Positions 52,531-61,650 are shown, counted from the first letter of the stretch. The stretch: DNA of 64,000 nt from Clostridia bacterium (GCA_017453005.1 JAFTKY010000038.1:4086-68085); one strand, 5' to 3'. Notes: generated by a model not told the origin, from the letters alone. A program made the numbers and translations.

Positions 52531-52558
52531 ATTATATCATTATTTTTCCAAATGTCAA
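52531..52558 (-). promoter_or_regulatory. Promoter of the THF riboswitch-folT/folC unit
   Basis: Minus strand TTGACA-16 nt-TATAAT. Confidence 0.65.
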
Positions 52559-52564
52559 TAGAAT

Positions 52565-53347
52565 TTAATCATTTGCGGGGCGAATTGTTACCTCGCCGCT
52601 GAAAATTCTTATAGGCAGGCTCTCGCCGTCGCAAAGCAACAGCAGTGCGCCGTCATTATCAACGCCCGTGACATTGCCAAAAACCGTCTGTCCCTCCGAG
52701 ACGGCACTCACGCGCGTGCCCATGAGCATAAAATGCTCTCTGTAATAGTCCATATAGGACTTGTCCTCGGGCGAGGCGATAATTTTTTCAAGACGGTTGA
52801 CAATTTCTGCGACAAGCTGCTCCGGGCGGGACTTTAATTTGACGCTGCCCGCGATATCCTTTATCTCGCTTGGAAATCTGCATCTGCCGATATTTATTCC
52901 TACGCCTATAATGACCGCACTCTCACCCTCCGTCACACCCGACACCGCCTCGGTGAGTATTCCGCAGACCTTTTTGCCGCTTTGGTAGACGTCGTTCACC
53001 CATTTTATCTCAAAGTCACCCTCACAGCACTCGTAAAGCGACTGCGCTACTGCCACCGCTGCCGCGGTTGTTACAGAGACCGTGTTGCAAGGCGAGGAGC
53101 TTGTTTTGTATGCAAACGACATATAAATTCCGTGGCCGTCACTGTAAAAGCTTCGTCCCATTCGTCCTCTTCCGCCCGTTTGCTTTTCTGCCAGCACCAA
53201 AAGGGGGGCGGAGACGCCAAGGCTAAGCAGACGGCGAGCCTCGGTGTTTGTTGAAGCTATTGTTTTATTGGAGGATATATTTATATCCGTCATCTTCTCA
53301 AGCTTTTTTATATTAAGTCTCACACGCTCACCTCCCGTATACGTCAA
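52565..53347 (-). CDS. birA: Biotin--[acetyl-CoA-carboxylase] ligase (no obvious N-terminal HTH), about 260 aa
   Basis: Signature QT.GRGRMGRSF and KWVNDV. The exact start is uncertain (ATG 53347 or ATG 53293). Confidence 0.85.
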   Translation of the reverse strand: MTYTGGERVRLNIKKLEKMTDINISSNKTIASTNTEARRLLSLGVSAPLLVLAEKQTGGRGRMGRSFYSDGHGIYMSFAYKTSSSPCNTVSVTTAAAVAVAQSLYECCEGDFEIKWVNDVYQSGKKVCGILTEAVSGVTEGESAVIIGVGINIGRCRFPSEIKDIAGSVKLKSRPEQLVAEIVNRLEKIIASPEDKSYMDYYREHFMLMGTRVSAVSEGQTVFGNVTGVDNDGALLLLCDGESLPIRIFSGEVTIRPAND

Positions 53348-53477
53348 TTATATCACCGCGCGCAAAATATGTCAATCCAAAACGGGGTGCGGGTGAAAGT
53401 TTTGCGTATTCTCTTGACTTTTTTTACGTGATATAGTATGATTATAGCAGATAAATTTTAATTTGGACGGTTGTGAA

Positions 53478-54680
53478 ATGTTAAAAAACAAAAGGATATT
53501 AAAATCGGTCTGTGCGGCTCTGTGCCTTATAATTGTTGCGGCGGCAGTAGTCGGCTGCGCAGAGAAAAAGACCAAGGACGGCAGATTTGACTATTTCAAT
53601 TCAAAAATGAGCAAATTCGTGCTGATATCTCCCGACGATTATATGGGCATGGTCGCAAAGCTCCCCGCCGCCTATCTCGTCACGGACGAGACGGTTCAGT
53701 CGTATATAGACGACCAGCTTTTCAACAATAAAATTGAGCTTAACGGCGGCGAGAGCCAGGTCGATCAGCCTATAAGATACGGCGACACGGCGTATATTTT
53801 CTACGAGGGATTTATGGACGGAGTGGCGTTCTCGGGCGGCTCAAACATGACAAACGCCCCGAGCAATCCGTACGCGCTCTCAATAGGCTCGGGCAGCTTT
53901 ATCGACGGCTTTGAGGAGCAGCTTATAGGCGTTGTGCCGAACCGGACCAGCCAGGAGAACAGGGTGAAGGTTGAGGTCACCTTCCCCGAGGTATATCCGC
54001 AGAGCCCCGACCTTGCGGGCAAGAAGGCAGAATTTTACGTATGGGTCGTGCGCGCAGTTCAGTACGAGATACCCGAGCTCAACGACAAGACGATAAAGGA
54101 AATACTCAAATACCAGCCCGCCGACAAGAATGCGACGGGACTTGAGGCAGAGTACAGAGCGTACGTCAAGAAAAACCTTGAGGCAGTAAATCTTCCCGCC
54201 ATCCAAAGCGCGGCGATAGAAGACCTTCTTGACCAGCTTATGGACAAGGTGACCTTCAAAAAGATACCCGAGAGCGAGCTTGAATATTATCACGATACCT
54301 ATATGACGCAGTACCGCGAGAGCATGGAAAAATACTCGCAGATAGGCTACGAGTTTGATGACTTTGACGATTTCATGTGTCAGTACCTCGGACTGCCTGA
54401 CGGCTCTGATTGGGAAACGCAGGTCAAGGACGGTTATACCGACGTTATCAAAAAGCACATGATATGCCACGCCATCGCACAGATAGAGCAGATAGAGCTG
54501 ACAGACGAGGAGTATGAGGCCGAGATACAGTATTATATTGACCAGGCAAGCTACAACGGACAGACGCTCACGCGCGCGGACGTGGTTGAAACGCTTGGCG
54601 AATACACCATTCGCGACAACGCGATGTATTCAAAAATCTGCTCGATGCTTTACGATAACTCAACTATAATCTATGAATGA
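53478..54680 (+). CDS. Lipoprotein peptidyl-prolyl isomerase (FKBP domain plus trigger-factor-like C-terminal domain), 400 aa
   Basis: Signal peptide plus lipobox (AVVGC). FKBP-like core (GDTAYIFYEGFMDGVAFSGGS...GSGSFIDGFEEQLIGV...V.VTFPE.Y) and a helical C-terminal domain. Confidence 0.7.
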   Translation: MLKNKRILKSVCAALCLIIVAAAVVGCAEKKTKDGRFDYFNSKMSKFVLISPDDYMGMVAKLPAAYLVTDETVQSYIDDQLFNNKIELNGGESQVDQPIRYGDTAYIFYEGFMDGVAFSGGSNMTNAPSNPYALSIGSGSFIDGFEEQLIGVVPNRTSQENRVKVEVTFPEVYPQSPDLAGKKAEFYVWVVRAVQYEIPELNDKTIKEILKYQPADKNATGLEAEYRAYVKKNLEAVNLPAIQSAAIEDLLDQLMDKVTFKKIPESELEYYHDTYMTQYRESMEKYSQIGYEFDDFDDFMCQYLGLPDGSDWETQVKDGYTDVIKKHMICHAIAQIEQIELTDEEYEAEIQYYIDQASYNGQTLTRADVVETLGEYTIRDNAMYSKICSMLYDNSTIIYE

Positions 54681-54732
54681 TAAAAAGGAGTTGCAAAGGC
54701 TCCTTCTCATAAGGAAGTTTACCTAACGCACG

Positions 54733-54780
54733 GTAGGGGCGAACTGTGTTCGCCCGCGGGAGACCGCAGGTCTCCCCTAC
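54733..54780. repeat. Nested double-hairpin element (family E)
   Basis: GTAGGGG-CGAACtgtgTTCGCCC-GCG-GGAGACCgcagGTCTCC-CCTAC: the outer stem GTAGGGG/CCCCTAC encloses two tetraloop hairpins. Confidence 0.75.
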
Positions 54781-54810
54781 GAGCAAGCAAAATTTGATAT
54801 CCAGAAAGCA

Positions 54811-54853
54811 AATAATACCCCCAACAGATTTTTGGCCTGTCGGGGGTATTATT
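54811..54853. terminator. Bidirectional terminator between the PPIase gene and glnN
   Basis: AATAATACCCCC-(19 nt)-GGGGGTATTATT, a 12-bp stem. Confidence 0.7.
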
Positions 54854-54911
54854 TGGTTTGTGGTATATCATTTTAACTCGCGTTTATTCCACTTGCTTAA
54901 AATTTCTAAAG

Positions 54912-57011
54912 CTATTGCTTATAAGTCATCTCGCCGTATGACGGCAAGGGCCACAGGTCCGCGGGGGTTATCTGCTCCGCGGCGTCTACAAGAAGACGCA
55001 GACGCGCCATTTCGGGACGCACGAAATCTCTGTAATACTCGGCGCTGCCCTTTGAGCTTGTCTTGCTCTTTGCCGCTACCGTGAGGTCCTTGAGCCTTTG
55101 CGAGCTTTCATGAACACTCTCGCAAAGCTCGGAGAGGTTTTTGATAAGTCCCTTTTCAAGTCTGCATACGTCCTCGCCGCACACCTCACGCTTGCGCTTT
55201 GCGGTGGTTGCAAGCTCGCAGAGGTATCTCTCGATGGCGGGGATTATTTTTTTGTTGACTATATCCGTCATAGTGCGCGCCTCAATACTTATGGTCTTGC
55301 AGTAGGTCTCAAACAGCACTGCATGACGGGCGCGAAGCTCTGCTTCGTTCATAACTCCGAATTTGCCGAACAGCTCAATATTCTTTTGCGCAAGCAGGGC
55401 GGGGTATGCGTCAACGCTGGTTTTGAGATTTGACAGCCCGCGCCTTTCTGCTTCGGCTATCCACTCCTCGGAGTAGCCGTTGCCGTTGAATATTATTCTG
55501 CGGTGGGAGGTCAGGGTGTCCTTGATAAGCCTTTTTGCGGCGGACTGAATATCCTGTGCGCCCTCAAGTGCGTCCGCAATATCCGAGAGCGCGCTTGCAA
55601 CGGCGGTGTTGAGCACGATGTTGGGCATTGCAATATTCTGCGCCGCGCCGAGCATACGGAACTCAAATTTGTTGCCCGTAAACGCAAAGGGGGAGGTTCT
55701 GTTGCGGTCGGTGGAATCGTATCTGAAGGTGGGAACGCTGGGGACGCCGATATTTGCCTTGAGCCTTGCCTTCTCGGTGTAGTCCGTGTTGCCAATTATA
55801 GCCTCAACTATAGCCTCAAGCTCGTCTCCGAGAAATATGGAGACTATCGCGGGAGGAGCCTCGTTAGCTCCGAGACGGTGGTCGTTTCCGGGGGTAGCGA
55901 CGGAGAATCGGAGAAGGTCCTGATACTCGTCAACTGCGCGGATAATTGCGGCTAAAAACAGCAAAAATCTCGTATTTGACGCGGGGTTTTTGCCCGGGCT
56001 CAGGAGGTTTTCGCCCGTATCGGTAGAGAGCGACCAGTTGTTGTGCTTACCCGAGCCGCTGATGCCCGCGTAGGGCTTTTCGTGGAGCAGCGCGACCATG
56101 CCGTGACGCTCCGCAACTCGCTTCATTGTGTCCATGATGAGCATATTGTGGTCAAGCGCCACGCTCGTGGGGGAATATATGGGTGCTAATTCGTGCTGCG
56201 ATGGAGCGACCTCGTTGTGCTTGGTCTTAGCGCTTATACCGAGCCTCCAGAGCTCCGCGTCAAGGTCGGACATATACGCCGAGACCTTGGTTTTAAGCGG
56301 GCCGTAGTAGTGGTCCTCAAGCTCCTCGCCCTTTGGTGCGGGCGCACCGAAAAGCGTTCTGCCCGTGTAGATAAGGTCCTCGCGCTTGTCGTAGAAATCC
56401 TTGTTTATGAGAAAATATTCCTGCTCCGCACCGACGGAGGTGATAACTCTTGACGCGCCTGTTTCTCCAATAGCATTCAGCACGCGTAAAGCCTGCTCGC
56501 TTATCGCGTCCATAGAGCGGAGAAGGGGAGTTTTTGCGTCAAGCGACTCGCCGCCGTATGAGAAAAAGACGGTGGGGATATATAATGTCTTGTCCTTAAT
56601 AAAGGCATAGGACGAGGGGTCCCACGCGGTATATCCGCGCGCGTTACACGTCTCGCGCAATCCACCCGAGGGAAAGCTTGACGCGTCGGATTCGCCCTTG
56701 ATAAGCTCCTTGCCCGAAAACGCCATTATTACCTTGTCTCTGCCGACGGGACATATAAAGGCGTCGTGCTTTTCGGCGGTCACGTTCGTCAGCGGTTGAA
56801 ACCAATGCGTGTAGTGCGTTGCACCAAGCTCGCAAGCCCAGTCCTTCATAGCATCCGCGACCTCGTTTGCGATAGAGACGTCAATGGTCTTACCCGTCTG
56901 AATAGTTTTTGTGAGCGAGCTGTAGACCTCCTCGGGAAGGCGAGCCTTCATAACCGAGTCGTTGAATACCATACAGCCGTAAATTTCAGGGACGTTTATC
57001 ATGGGCGACAA
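54912..57011 (-). CDS. glnN: Type III glutamine synthetase (GlnN-like), 699 aa
   Basis: About 700 aa. N-terminus VFND.VM...LP..VY..L...I..G..ID...A..VA.AMK.WA...GATHYTHWFQPLT is characteristic of GSIII. Confidence 0.9.
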   Translation of the reverse strand: MSPMINVPEIYGCMVFNDSVMKARLPEEVYSSLTKTIQTGKTIDVSIANEVADAMKDWACELGATHYTHWFQPLTNVTAEKHDAFICPVGRDKVIMAFSGKELIKGESDASSFPSGGLRETCNARGYTAWDPSSYAFIKDKTLYIPTVFFSYGGESLDAKTPLLRSMDAISEQALRVLNAIGETGASRVITSVGAEQEYFLINKDFYDKREDLIYTGRTLFGAPAPKGEELEDHYYGPLKTKVSAYMSDLDAELWRLGISAKTKHNEVAPSQHELAPIYSPTSVALDHNMLIMDTMKRVAERHGMVALLHEKPYAGISGSGKHNNWSLSTDTGENLLSPGKNPASNTRFLLFLAAIIRAVDEYQDLLRFSVATPGNDHRLGANEAPPAIVSIFLGDELEAIVEAIIGNTDYTEKARLKANIGVPSVPTFRYDSTDRNRTSPFAFTGNKFEFRMLGAAQNIAMPNIVLNTAVASALSDIADALEGAQDIQSAAKRLIKDTLTSHRRIIFNGNGYSEEWIAEAERRGLSNLKTSVDAYPALLAQKNIELFGKFGVMNEAELRARHAVLFETYCKTISIEARTMTDIVNKKIIPAIERYLCELATTAKRKREVCGEDVCRLEKGLIKNLSELCESVHESSQRLKDLTVAAKSKTSSKGSAEYYRDFVRPEMARLRLLVDAAEQITPADLWPLPSYGEMTYKQ

Positions 57012-57047
57012 TTCCTTTCATTTGATATAAAATGAAATAATAAAAAA

Positions 57048-57076
57048 ATTATAACCCTTTCTCCCTTATTTGTCAA
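57048..57076 (-). promoter_or_regulatory. Perfect consensus promoter of glnN
   Basis: Minus strand TTGACA-17 nt-TATAAT, directly downstream of the spoIIE stop. Confidence 0.65.
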
Positions 57077-57091
57077 TATTTTTGGCGCAAT

Positions 57092-59818
57092 TTATGTTGA
57101 AATTAAGACCACGGATACCGAAATATCGTCCTTGTGTCTGCCCTCGGGCGTATTCTCAACGGCAAGACTGAGAATTTTGTTTTTGACGTCGCTCGTAAAC
57201 CTCTCAAGCTCCTCGGGAGAGTCTTGTCCCTGCGGCAGATTTATGCCCGAAAGATAATCAACGAGCCACGGACAGTCGTCGCTGTCGGGACAGCAGCCGT
57301 CACTGACCATTACTACCATATCGTTCGGTCTTGTGTCAAAGCGCGTGAGCTTTGCGTCCGCTTGCTTTATAATGCCGACGGGCATGGTGCGTGAGTTGAC
57401 CTTATATACGGTCTTGTCGCGGCAGATGAAGGTCGGAGCCGCGCCGCTTTTGATAAACGCCGCCGCGCCGTTCATGAGGTCAAGCTCAAAAAGGTCAAGG
57501 GTGGCAGAGCATTCCCGACCGAGCCCGATGTTCTCCGAACGCAAAAAGTTGTTGAGCATTCGCACGGTTATATCGGCGCGGTTGCCCGCCATCAGCATTT
57601 TTTCAACGAACATTGACGAGACCTCGCTTGCAAGCGCGGCTTCGCTTCCGCTGCCCATGCCGTCGCTGATAAGAGAATAAAAATAGGAATTTCCGTTGAC
57701 GAACACCCTCGTACAATCCCCGCAGGCAGAGACCTCCTCACCCGACTCGTCGCGGAAAAAGGTGACGCCGTCCGAGGCTAAAATGTCTGCGTACAGCCCC
57801 TCCTCCGTCTCTGCGGCAAGCCTGCCGTGAGAGCATATCGCATGAAGTCTGGGCTTTGAATAAAACATCATTACGGTCTCGTCGGCGGACATCTCAAATA
57901 TCGGGCCCATAAGCTCCACGCCGACTATACCGCTTATTTTTTTGCACAGCTCGCTCCCCGAGAATGAGGCTGTGGACTGTGACGCGCCGCCCTTTATAAG
58001 CACTCGGCGGTTGCGCTTGCCGCAGACTACGACGCCCTTTATTTTATAATCCGCCGCCGTGAGCAGCTCAAACACCCGCTCTCCGGCCTCAAGGTCACAT
58101 TCGTATTCCTCGCCCTCGCCCTCAAGCGCGTCGCGTAAAATTGCGCCTATATCGTCGAAGCTTGAGGCAAACGCGCCTATTTTTTGATTATGTATAAGGC
58201 TCTCGGTAGCCGTCTCGCAGCCGATATTCGCCTCCTTGATTATCCTTTGCGCACGAGGGCAGGAGGACAAAAAGCTCTCGGGTAGATCCCTTGCCTCCAC
58301 CGTGCCGCGCGTGTGCAGACATGAAGTCATTTTGCCAATCACGTCAAGCGTGTCCGTGTAACCCACGCCCCAGCAAATGTCTCTGTTACGACAGCCCTCG
58401 CAGTTATGCTCAAACGTCTCCTCTGAGATTTTTTTGAGCCCGAGAATGTCGGGACGGCGAAATCTGTCAACGAGGTCGTTGAAGGTTCGGGACAGGGAGG
58501 AGAATGCCTCGGAGAGTGCGCCGAGCTTGTCCGTCATGCCCTCGTTTTTCTCGCGTTCGGATACTGCCTCGGCAAAATATACCCCTGCCGACTGTCTTGC
58601 GTGTCTCTCAAACATTTTGCCTATCTCGTCCTCGCTCTCCTTCGCTCTTTCGGGGAAGATCGCGACGTAGTATTTGTCAGCGATAAAGAACAGAGGAACG
58701 GCAACGAGCATGGGTGTCAGTGTGCCGACCAGCCCTGCCGTACCGCCGAAATAATAGCACCACAGAACTACGCAAAGACAGAGTGTACCGAGTGCGATGC
58801 TCTTTTTGAGCGGTGAGATAAGTCCGTATATCAGCGCGCACAAAACGAGAAGAGGCGCGTAGAGGGGGCTGTATATAAGTCCGAAAATAAGCCCCGACAC
58901 AATACCGGACGCCACTCCGCGCACGCTCGTTATAAAGAGGGTGAAGAGCATGACTATCATGGGCGTTACGGGAATGCCGAGCAGCGTTGAGCCGCCTCCC
59001 GACCATACGGCAAAAGAGAGGACAAGCAGCCATGACAGAGTGTGCCTCCAGCCGCGGAATTTAACGGCTTCGCCGACCGCACCCGAAAACAGAGCGACTA
59101 TCACGGGCGTCAGAACTATAAGACACAACGCGCCCAGCATATTGTAAAACGCGTACTCGCTTTCAATGAGCGAGAAAAGCCCGCAAACGAAGCCGCCAAT
59201 ACCCGCAAAAAGTGCCTTTGCGGGCAGAGACTCGTTGTATCTGCTTTGTCTTTTTGTGTTCTTTTCGTTGCCTTCCGCGTCCGTACAGATGCAGAACAGC
59301 CTCTCCGAAAAGGTCTTGATGGGCATAAGGACCTTGTCACGAAAACTCTTTTTTTGATTTTGAGCGGCATCCAGAAGGGGAATTTCCTCATCGTCGAAAA
59401 CCCCCTCTAAATTGATGGTCGTAGCCTTTATTTCGTCGCGCCGTTTATCGTGAAAGTCGGGAACGAACGAGATAATAATTCTGAAAATAAGTATAGCAAG
59501 CCCACCCCAAAGCAGAGGAAGCCCCACCCTGCCGCCAATCACCGCAAGAAGTATTCCAACAAAGACGGGGATAAGATTTTGCTCCGTAGCGCACAAAAGA
59601 GCAAGCGCGAAGGGCTGTGAGCCGAAAAAGAATGTACCCGCCGAGAGTATCCACGAGAGCATCATGCTCCCCGCACCCGAGACAAGTCCCTGAAGTCTTG
59701 CTCTCGCCTCATCCTGCGACGGCGATATTTTTGATAGCAGCTTTTCTATGTATGCCTGTCCTTTTTTTCTTTGATTTTTTTCTGCACCTTGCTTGTCCTT
59801 GGATTTTTTGTCCTGCAT
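57092..59818 (-). CDS. spoIIE: Stage II sporulation protein E (polytopic membrane domain plus PP2C phosphatase), 908 aa
   Basis: About ten N-terminal TM helices, a central regulatory region and a C-terminal PP2C-like domain (LISDGMGSGSEAA..., VMVSDG). GGAG RBS before the ATG at 59818. The ORF-track start at 60100 adds an implausible 94 aa. Confidence 0.88.
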   Translation of the reverse strand: MQDKKSKDKQGAEKNQRKKGQAYIEKLLSKISPSQDEARARLQGLVSGAGSMMLSWILSAGTFFFGSQPFALALLCATEQNLIPVFVGILLAVIGGRVGLPLLWGGLAILIFRIIISFVPDFHDKRRDEIKATTINLEGVFDDEEIPLLDAAQNQKKSFRDKVLMPIKTFSERLFCICTDAEGNEKNTKRQSRYNESLPAKALFAGIGGFVCGLFSLIESEYAFYNMLGALCLIVLTPVIVALFSGAVGEAVKFRGWRHTLSWLLVLSFAVWSGGGSTLLGIPVTPMIVMLFTLFITSVRGVASGIVSGLIFGLIYSPLYAPLLVLCALIYGLISPLKKSIALGTLCLCVVLWCYYFGGTAGLVGTLTPMLVAVPLFFIADKYYVAIFPERAKESEDEIGKMFERHARQSAGVYFAEAVSEREKNEGMTDKLGALSEAFSSLSRTFNDLVDRFRRPDILGLKKISEETFEHNCEGCRNRDICWGVGYTDTLDVIGKMTSCLHTRGTVEARDLPESFLSSCPRAQRIIKEANIGCETATESLIHNQKIGAFASSFDDIGAILRDALEGEGEEYECDLEAGERVFELLTAADYKIKGVVVCGKRNRRVLIKGGASQSTASFSGSELCKKISGIVGVELMGPIFEMSADETVMMFYSKPRLHAICSHGRLAAETEEGLYADILASDGVTFFRDESGEEVSACGDCTRVFVNGNSYFYSLISDGMGSGSEAALASEVSSMFVEKMLMAGNRADITVRMLNNFLRSENIGLGRECSATLDLFELDLMNGAAAFIKSGAAPTFICRDKTVYKVNSRTMPVGIIKQADAKLTRFDTRPNDMVVMVSDGCCPDSDDCPWLVDYLSGINLPQGQDSPEELERFTSDVKNKILSLAVENTPEGRHKDDISVSVVLIST

Positions 59819-59939
59819 TTTAACTCCGTTCTGCCCTGTGGCAAATGTAAATTTGAATTTTTGCAAAAAGTCTGCAAAAATACATGGTTTTGAGGTGATT
59901 TTGGCGTGATATTCTGTGCTCGCCAAAATCAACATATAC

Positions 59940-60047
59940 ATTATAAAGGATTTGGGAGGAGAAGTATGTCGGAGTATGTTTGAGGTTTCTTGGGTTGTTT
60001 TGTCGCAGAGGGGAGAAGTGAGATGCGATATGCCGCAGACTGTCAAA
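59940..60047 (-). promoter_or_regulatory. Candidate Spo0A-dependent spoIIE promoter: TATAAT with a 21-nt spacer to CCGACA, plus two further 0A-box-like motifs
   Basis: Minus strand TCCGACA-21 nt-TATAAT (59940-59973). Plus strand TGTCGGA (59967), TGTCGCA (60001) and TGTCAAA (60041) each match the TGTCGAA 0A box at 6/7. B. subtilis spoIIE is known for 0A boxes and an over-long spacer. Confidence 0.35.
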
Positions 60048-60185
60048 GTCGGTGTCTGAAAACGGGGGATTTGGTCGCAGTGTGGGGATTTCTGTCTCAC
60101 GAAAAAATAAAAAAAGTCAAAAAATATCTTTACATTTTGAGCCCACCGTGTTACAATTAGGTATCAAAAGGAAGGGAGGCGCAAT

Positions 60186-60647
60186 ATGACGGTCTGCTTT
60201 ACGGGACACAGAAGGCTCGAGCCCGAAAATATATCCGAGGTCGCACGGTGCCTCTCGGACAGAATAGAAGACCTTTGCCGGGGCGGCGAGGTAGATTTTC
60301 GCGCGGGTGGGGCATTGGGCTTTGACACGCTTGCGGCACTCTGCGTCTTGTCTGCAAAGGAAATTTATCCAAACGCCAGACTGCATCTTATCCTTCCGTG
60401 CAAAAATCAGACGCGCGGGTGGAGGGACACGGACATCGAAAAATATCAATACGTGCTTTCTGCCGCGGACACGGTGACGTACGTCTCCGAGACATACACC
60501 CCGTACTGTATGCATGTGCGCAACCGCGCACTGGTTGACGGCGCAGACTTGTGCATTTCCTATTGTAATCAAGCCACGGGCGGCACGGCGTACACGGTAT
60601 CGTACGCGCAATCCAAGGGCGTTGAGGTTGAAAATATCTATATATAA
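60186..60647 (+). CDS. DUF1273 / SLOG-superfamily protein (153 aa)
   Basis: N-terminal CFTGHR, then GGALGFD, ILPC and GGTAYTV motifs recalled from DUF1273 (YpsA-like Rossmannoid) proteins. Confidence 0.65.
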   Translation: MTVCFTGHRRLEPENISEVARCLSDRIEDLCRGGEVDFRAGGALGFDTLAALCVLSAKEIYPNARLHLILPCKNQTRGWRDTDIEKYQYVLSAADTVTYVSETYTPYCMHVRNRALVDGADLCISYCNQATGGTAYTVSYAQSKGVEVENIYI

Positions 60648-60698
60648 AAACAAGGCCTTTACGAATTAGCGGTGTTAATTCATAAAAGCCTTGTTTTA

Positions 60699-61316
60699 TT
60701 ATCCAAACAGATTTTGTATTACCTCAAGTATCTTAAATCGCACCTTGTATTTGGGCGTATCGGTCTCGGTTATGACCTTGTATTGCTCGCCCGTCAGTCC
60801 CACCGAGATAAACGCGTCCTCGTTATCGTCGGAATTGTCGGTAGCCGATGACAGACACAGCGGCGGAAACAGACAGCACCACCAGTTTTGTCCCTCACCG
60901 TCACCGATTATCACGCGCAGAGAGGTGTAGTCTCCCTCGGGGAAGGTGCAGCTTTCGTATTCCTTCGTGGGGTAATGCTCCTCGCCGAGCAATACGTCAA
61001 CCGAATAAGAATATCCCTCCCGCGCGATGACTTGTTCCGCGCGCGCCTTTATCTCGGGGGTCAGCTCAGTAAGCCTTTGCTCTGCCTCATCACGGCTTTT
61101 ACATTCCTTGAGTATGGGAGAGGTGAGCGACAATATCTCGTCGCGCACAAGCAGCTTGAGGCTCTGGTCCTCCTCGCTGTCCGAGTTTGCAAGCACGTGC
61201 AGACGCACCACGGAGCTGTATATCTCCTCCTCGCCGTGAACGGGCAGAAAATTGACTACGAACATGACCGCGATGCAAATAATGCACAAAATAAGTAATC
61301 TTTTTGCGAATTTCAT
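60699..61316 (-). CDS. spoIIR: Stage II sporulation protein R (205 aa)
   Basis: Signal anchor plus VVRLHVLANSDSEEDQ.LKL.VRD.IL and NWWCCLFPPLC, which are SpoIIR signatures. GGAGG RBS before the ATG at 61316. Confidence 0.9.
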   Translation of the reverse strand: MKFAKRLLILCIICIAVMFVVNFLPVHGEEEIYSSVVRLHVLANSDSEEDQSLKLLVRDEILSLTSPILKECKSRDEAEQRLTELTPEIKARAEQVIAREGYSYSVDVLLGEEHYPTKEYESCTFPEGDYTSLRVIIGDGEGQNWWCCLFPPLCLSSATDNSDDNEDAFISVGLTGEQYKVITETDTPKYKVRFKILEVIQNLFG

Positions 61317-61344
61317 TTTTACCTCCAAATTTTTAGTACCAATG

Positions 61345-61374
61345 GAGTATTGCCGCAAACAGAGGGACTTATGC
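61345..61374 (-). promoter_or_regulatory. Sigma-F-type promoter upstream of spoIIR
   Basis: Minus strand GCATA-15 nt-GGCAATACTC, against my recollection of the sigma-F consensus GYATA-15-GGnnAnAHTR (one mismatch at the last position). Confidence 0.5.
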
Positions 61375-61380
61375 AAAAAA

Positions 61381-61420
61381 AGAGAATTTAGCAAAAGAAT
61401 TCGCTAAATTCTCTTTTTAG
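61381..61420. terminator. Bidirectional terminator upstream of the spoIIR promoter
   Basis: AAAAAGAGAATTTAGC-(10 nt)-GCTAAATTCTCTTTTT, a 12-bp stem. Confidence 0.7.
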
Positions 61421-61424
61421 TTAT

Positions 61425-61632
61425 ATTCCGACTTCGTCGGAGTGATATTGTCGCTTATGCGACAGTGATATGAAAGCCTATGGCTTTCGTGATATTTTAT
61501 TCGCCTCTAAACTCGCGTAGCGAATATCACTCGTCATAAGACGAATAACACTGCAAAGCAATAGAACTCGCCGTAGGCGAATAAAACTGGCGTGATACTC
61601 CGTTAAGAGTATCACGCCTTTGGACGTTGGCT
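61425..61632. repeat. Array of 7-8 short hairpins separated by GTGATAT/ATATCAC-type spacers (family D)
   Basis: CCGACttcGTCGG, aGTGATATtGTCGCttatGCGACaGTGATATGAAAGCCtatGGCTTTCGTGATAT, ATTCGC...GCGAATATCAC, TCGTCataaGACGA, CTCGCCgtaGGCGA(a), GGCGTGATACTCcgttaaGAGTATCACGCC. Confidence 0.7.
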
Positions 61633-61650
61633 TTTTGTGATGTGCGAGCC

